Below are positions 60,226 to 64,000 of a DNA stretch of 64,000 bases, one piece after another. The DNA comes from Mytilus trossulus (lineage: Eukaryota), in contig NC_086382.1 in assembly GCF_036588685.1 (NCBI RefSeq), positions 21,576,001 to 21,640,000 on the forward strand, given 5' to 3'. The notes beneath the pieces are model-generated. The model was given only the letters and a program-made list of their open reading frames with translations, was not told the DNA's origin and made no database searches. Positions within the stretch are counted from its first letter, which is position 1. Each line of letters starts with the position of its first letter. A program made the position numbers and the translations under genes.

Positions 60226-61889
60226 CAAAATTCGGATTTGTGGACATATTTTTCCTGTCGACAGGAATACATAACTTTTTTGTATTAAAAGATAAACAGA
60301 TAAACATAATCTGTTTTATGTTATATTATTTGTAAATTCTGTTTTATATATAAAATGTGCTTTAAATGTGTGCAATTTGTTGGGGTTTTTTTCTTCAAAT
60401 AATCCATATTTTTTTAACGAAAGTTTACTTTTGAACACTATTTTTATTTGTTTTTTTTAAACTGAAAAAAGTTTTAAATGTCTGAATATCTATATTATTT
60501 CTTTTTATTAAATATAATTTGGCTAATTTATAAACTCTACACTTTCCCTCTTTTTTTGCCAAATTGAGTCCTGTTACCAGAAAATGGTAAACATATGGGG
60601 CTAAGGGTAGTAATATTTTTTTGTTAAGCTCATGTAGCTCTATTGAACTAATAAAGTTTAATTCCGCGGTCACACTACGATCTGTGAAAAAATGCAAATG
60701 TTGACGATCGTAGTGAAATCTTGAAGATCACAGTAAGGTCGTATCACGGTCGTGGTGAGGTCTTCAAGTTCGTGATGAGCATATACAACTTTGAACATGT
60801 TCAAAGCAATCGTGGTGGAATCAGGTATTAGTGAGTTCGCACTAAGGTCGTGGTAAGATCGCTAAGGTCGCTGTATCATTATAGCGAGAGAGTAGTGAAA
60901 GCGTGATTCTATTCGAAGAGACAAGTACCATAGTGTGGAAACGGAACTGTACGGTTTTCTAATAATTTGGTCATTCGGGAGACTGTCAAAAGGGGCCCCG
61001 ACATTTGCAAAAAAACAAGTTGCTTGATGAAAATTTGATGAACTCTTATGTTACTATATATAGCTATGTAACGTTTCTGCTTTAAGTTTTGGTAGCTAAA
61101 ATATTCTTATAAAGAACCAATAAAATAATAAGAAAGCTATGTGCATCCAAACGTTTTCCTTAGAATGATGGAGCTCCATGTGAAACGATCAAATTTGTCT
61201 CACAACAGCGATCAAAAATGTATAAAAAAAACATCAAAAAATGTCTAAAAAAAACATCGAAAACTCAATGTTTGCTACATTGTACCTGAATTTCCACATA
61301 AATATATTCATTTTCTCCATGTCGGATATTTTTATTGACTGTACAATCGCTTGCAAGTTTACTGTACAATCACTCTGAGCCTTTCTGAACAATATCTATG
61401 AGAAGAACATAAACCGTGTACTATCTCTCCTGCCACATTCATGATTTAAAATTAGTTTATGTTTTCCATGATACTTCTGTCATATAAATATTTATTAAAA
61501 CTACTGTAATCCAATGCTGCAACACATGTCTGGAATGATTTTCTCTCCTTTTTCTGTTACAATTTAATATCAGTTAGTAATTTTTTGAATTTTTATCAAT
61601 TTTTTATACCTAAATTACACACTAAAAAGTTGAGGGGAGAGGGAGTGTTGGTGATTGAAACCCCATTCAAGTTTTTCGATTTTTTTTTATTTTGTGGAAT
61701 TTCAGGGTGTTCCGTGGTTTGGATCCCGCACCTGATCTGATATCGTTATTGATAGTATTAAATGATGATCCGATCATTCAACTGATTTTTATACGACCGC
61801 AAATTTTGAAAAAAATTTCGTCGTATATTGCTATCACGTTGGCGTCGTCGTCTGCGTCGTCGTCGTCGTCTGCGTCGTCGTCGTCGTCT

Positions 61890-61923
<34 letters not shown>

Positions 61924-61934
61924 AATACTTTTAG

Positions 61935-62550
61935 TTTTCGCACTCTAACTTTAGTAAAAGTGAATAGAAATCTATGAAATTTTAACACAAGGTATATGAC
62001 CATAAAAGGAAGGCTGGTATTGATTTTGGGAGTTTTGGTCCCAATATTTTAGGAATTAGGGTCCAAAAAGGGCCCAAATAAGCATTTTCTTGGTTTTCGC
62101 ACTATAACTTTAGTTTAAGTTAATAGAAATCTATGAAATTTTGACACAAGGTTTATGACCAAAAAAAGAAAGGTTGGGATTAATTTTGGGAGTTTTGGTT
62201 TCAACAGTTTAGGAATTAGGGGCCAAAAAAGGGCCCAAATAAGCATTATTCTTGGTTTTCGCACAATAACTTTGGTTTAAGTAAATAGAAATCAATGAAA
62301 TTTAAACACAATGTTTATGACCACAAAAGGAAGGTTGGTATTGATTTTGGGAGTTTAGGTCCCAACAGTTTAGGAATTAGGGGCCAAAAAGGGACCCAAA
62401 TAAGCATTTTTCTTGGTTTTCGAACCATAACGTTAGTATAAGTAAATAGAAATCTATGAAATTTAAACACAAGGTTTATGACCATAAAAGAAAGGTTGGT
62501 ATTGATTTTGGGAGTTTTGATCCCAACAGTTTAGGAAAAAGGGGCCCAAA
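61935..62550 (+). repeat. ~160-bp tandem repeat, ~3.8 copies
   Basis: TTTTCG(C/A)AC landmarks at 61935, 62094, 62256 and 62417. Confidence 0.92.
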
Positions 62551-63080
62551 GGGTCCAAAATTAAACTTTGTTTGATTTCATCAAAATTGAATAATTGGGG
62601 TTCTTTGATATGCCGAATCTAACTGTGTATGTAGATTCTTAACTTTTAGTCATGTTTTCAAATTGGTCTACATTAAGGTCCAAAGGGTCCAAAATTAAAC
62701 TTAGTTTGATTTTGACAAAAATTGAATCGGTTGGGTTCTTTGATATGTTGAATCTAAAAATGTACTTAGATTCTTGATTATTGGCCCAGTTTTCAAGTTG
62801 GTCCAAATCTGGGTCCAAAATTAAACTTTATTTGATTTCATCAAAAATTGAATAAATGGGGTTCGTTGATATGCCAAATCTAACTGTGTATGTAGATTCT
62901 TCATTTTTGGTCCCGTTTTCAAATTGGCCTACATTAAGGTCCAAAGGGTCCATAATTAAACTAAGTTTGATTTTAACAAAAATTAAATTCTTGGGCCTCT
63001 TTGATATGCTGAATCTAAACATGTACTTAGATTTTTGATTATGGGCCCAGTTTTCAAGTTGGTCCAAATCAGGATCTAAA
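62551..63080 (+). repeat. ~260-bp higher-order repeat (alternating 134/126-bp monomers), 2 copies
   Basis: GGGTCCA(A/T)AATTAAACT landmarks at 62551, 62685, 62811 and 62946. Confidence 0.9.
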
Positions 63081-64000
63081 ATAATATATTAAGTATTGTG
63101 CAATAGCAAGTCTTTTCAATTGCACAGTATTGTGCAATGGCAAGAAATATCTAATTTCACAATATTGTGAAATAGCAATTTTTTTTTATTAGAGTTATCT
63201 TTCTTTGTCCAGAATAGTAAGCAAGAAATATCTTATTGCAAGAATTTTTTTTAATTGGAGTTATCTTTCTTTGTCCAGAATCAACTTAAATCTTTGTTAT
63301 ATACAATATACAATGTATATTCACTTTTTACTACCAACTGATAAATTTAAATGATCTTTACCATTCAGTGATAAAAAGCAGTTTTTTTTACATCTTAATA
63401 TTTTATGATGTATTTAAATGAGTAGTTATTGTTGCAAACTCCATTAGAATATTTTAATTGAGATTAGTTTTGGAATAAGGGAAAGGGGGATGTGATTAAA
63501 AAATTGGGTTCAATTTTTCTCATTTGAAATTTCATAAATAAAAAGAAAATTTCTTCAAACATTTTTTTGAGAGGATTAATATTCAACAGCATAGTGAATT
63601 GCTCTAAGAGAAAACAAAAAAATTTAAGTTCATTAGAACACATTCATTCTGTGTCAGAAACCTATGCTGTGTCAACTATTTAATCACAATCCAAATTTAG
63701 AGCTGAATCCAGCTTGAATGTTGTGTCCATACTTGCCCCAACCGTTCAGGGTTCAACCTCTGCGGTCGTATAAAGCTACGCCCTGCGGAGCATCTGTTTT
63801 TTTTATAGTTTGGTCTTGTGTTGTGATAGGTTGGTTTTTTTTTAGAAATGAGCGCACTCAGACATTTTTAACCCCCGCCAAATTCTGTATGTACCTGTTT
63901 TAAGTCAAAAGCCCGTAGTTCAGTGTTTGTCGTGTTTTCCGGCACTGGACGTTTGCGCTTTTTCATAGGACATTTGCGCTTTTTTTTGTGGACACTTGCG

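Larger units (their letters stand above)
61786..63797 (+). mobile_element. Full-length HINE / non-autonomous Helentron carrying two satellite arrays
   Basis: Subterminal inverted repeats TTATACGACCGCA / TGCGGTCGTATAA, a (CGT)n microsatellite at 61843-61920, a 3' GC-rich hairpin and T-run flanks. Confidence 0.85.

Noticed and set aside
61758-62003. Poly-Arg and poly-Ser/Ala ORFs
   Set aside because: They are translations of the (CGT)n microsatellite inside a HINE.

Overview
AT-rich eukaryotic DNA, most likely from a bivalve mollusc (Mytilus-like, inferred from the repeat types; not verified). One host gene on the + strand can be assembled from four phase-compatible GT-AG exons: 716-1045 (Ig domain), 34907-35003 (stalk), 39744-39847 (transmembrane helix) and 47023-48326 (helical domain plus 6-7 ankyrin repeats). 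It encodes a predicted single-pass Ig-TM-ankyrin receptor whose leader exon lies upstream of the window. Its 33.9-kb intron is filled with nested mobile DNA: a young BEL/Pao LTR element inserted antisense into a related BEL element, three Penelope-like (PLE) RT/GIY-YIG relics, an RTE-X-like LINE tail, Harbinger- and Kolobok-type MITEs and Helentron-associated (HINE) elements. The window also carries about 14 small type I hammerhead ribozyme (HHR) motifs in PLE pLTRs and in non-coding retrozyme-like repeats. These include a ~350-bp tandem retrozyme array, a covarying pseudoknot/UUCG RNA module shared by two retrozyme families, and a (TA)n-associated element in which a candidate HHR sits directly upstream of a tRNA-like Pol III promoter. 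Coordinates were counted by hand and may be off by a few bases.
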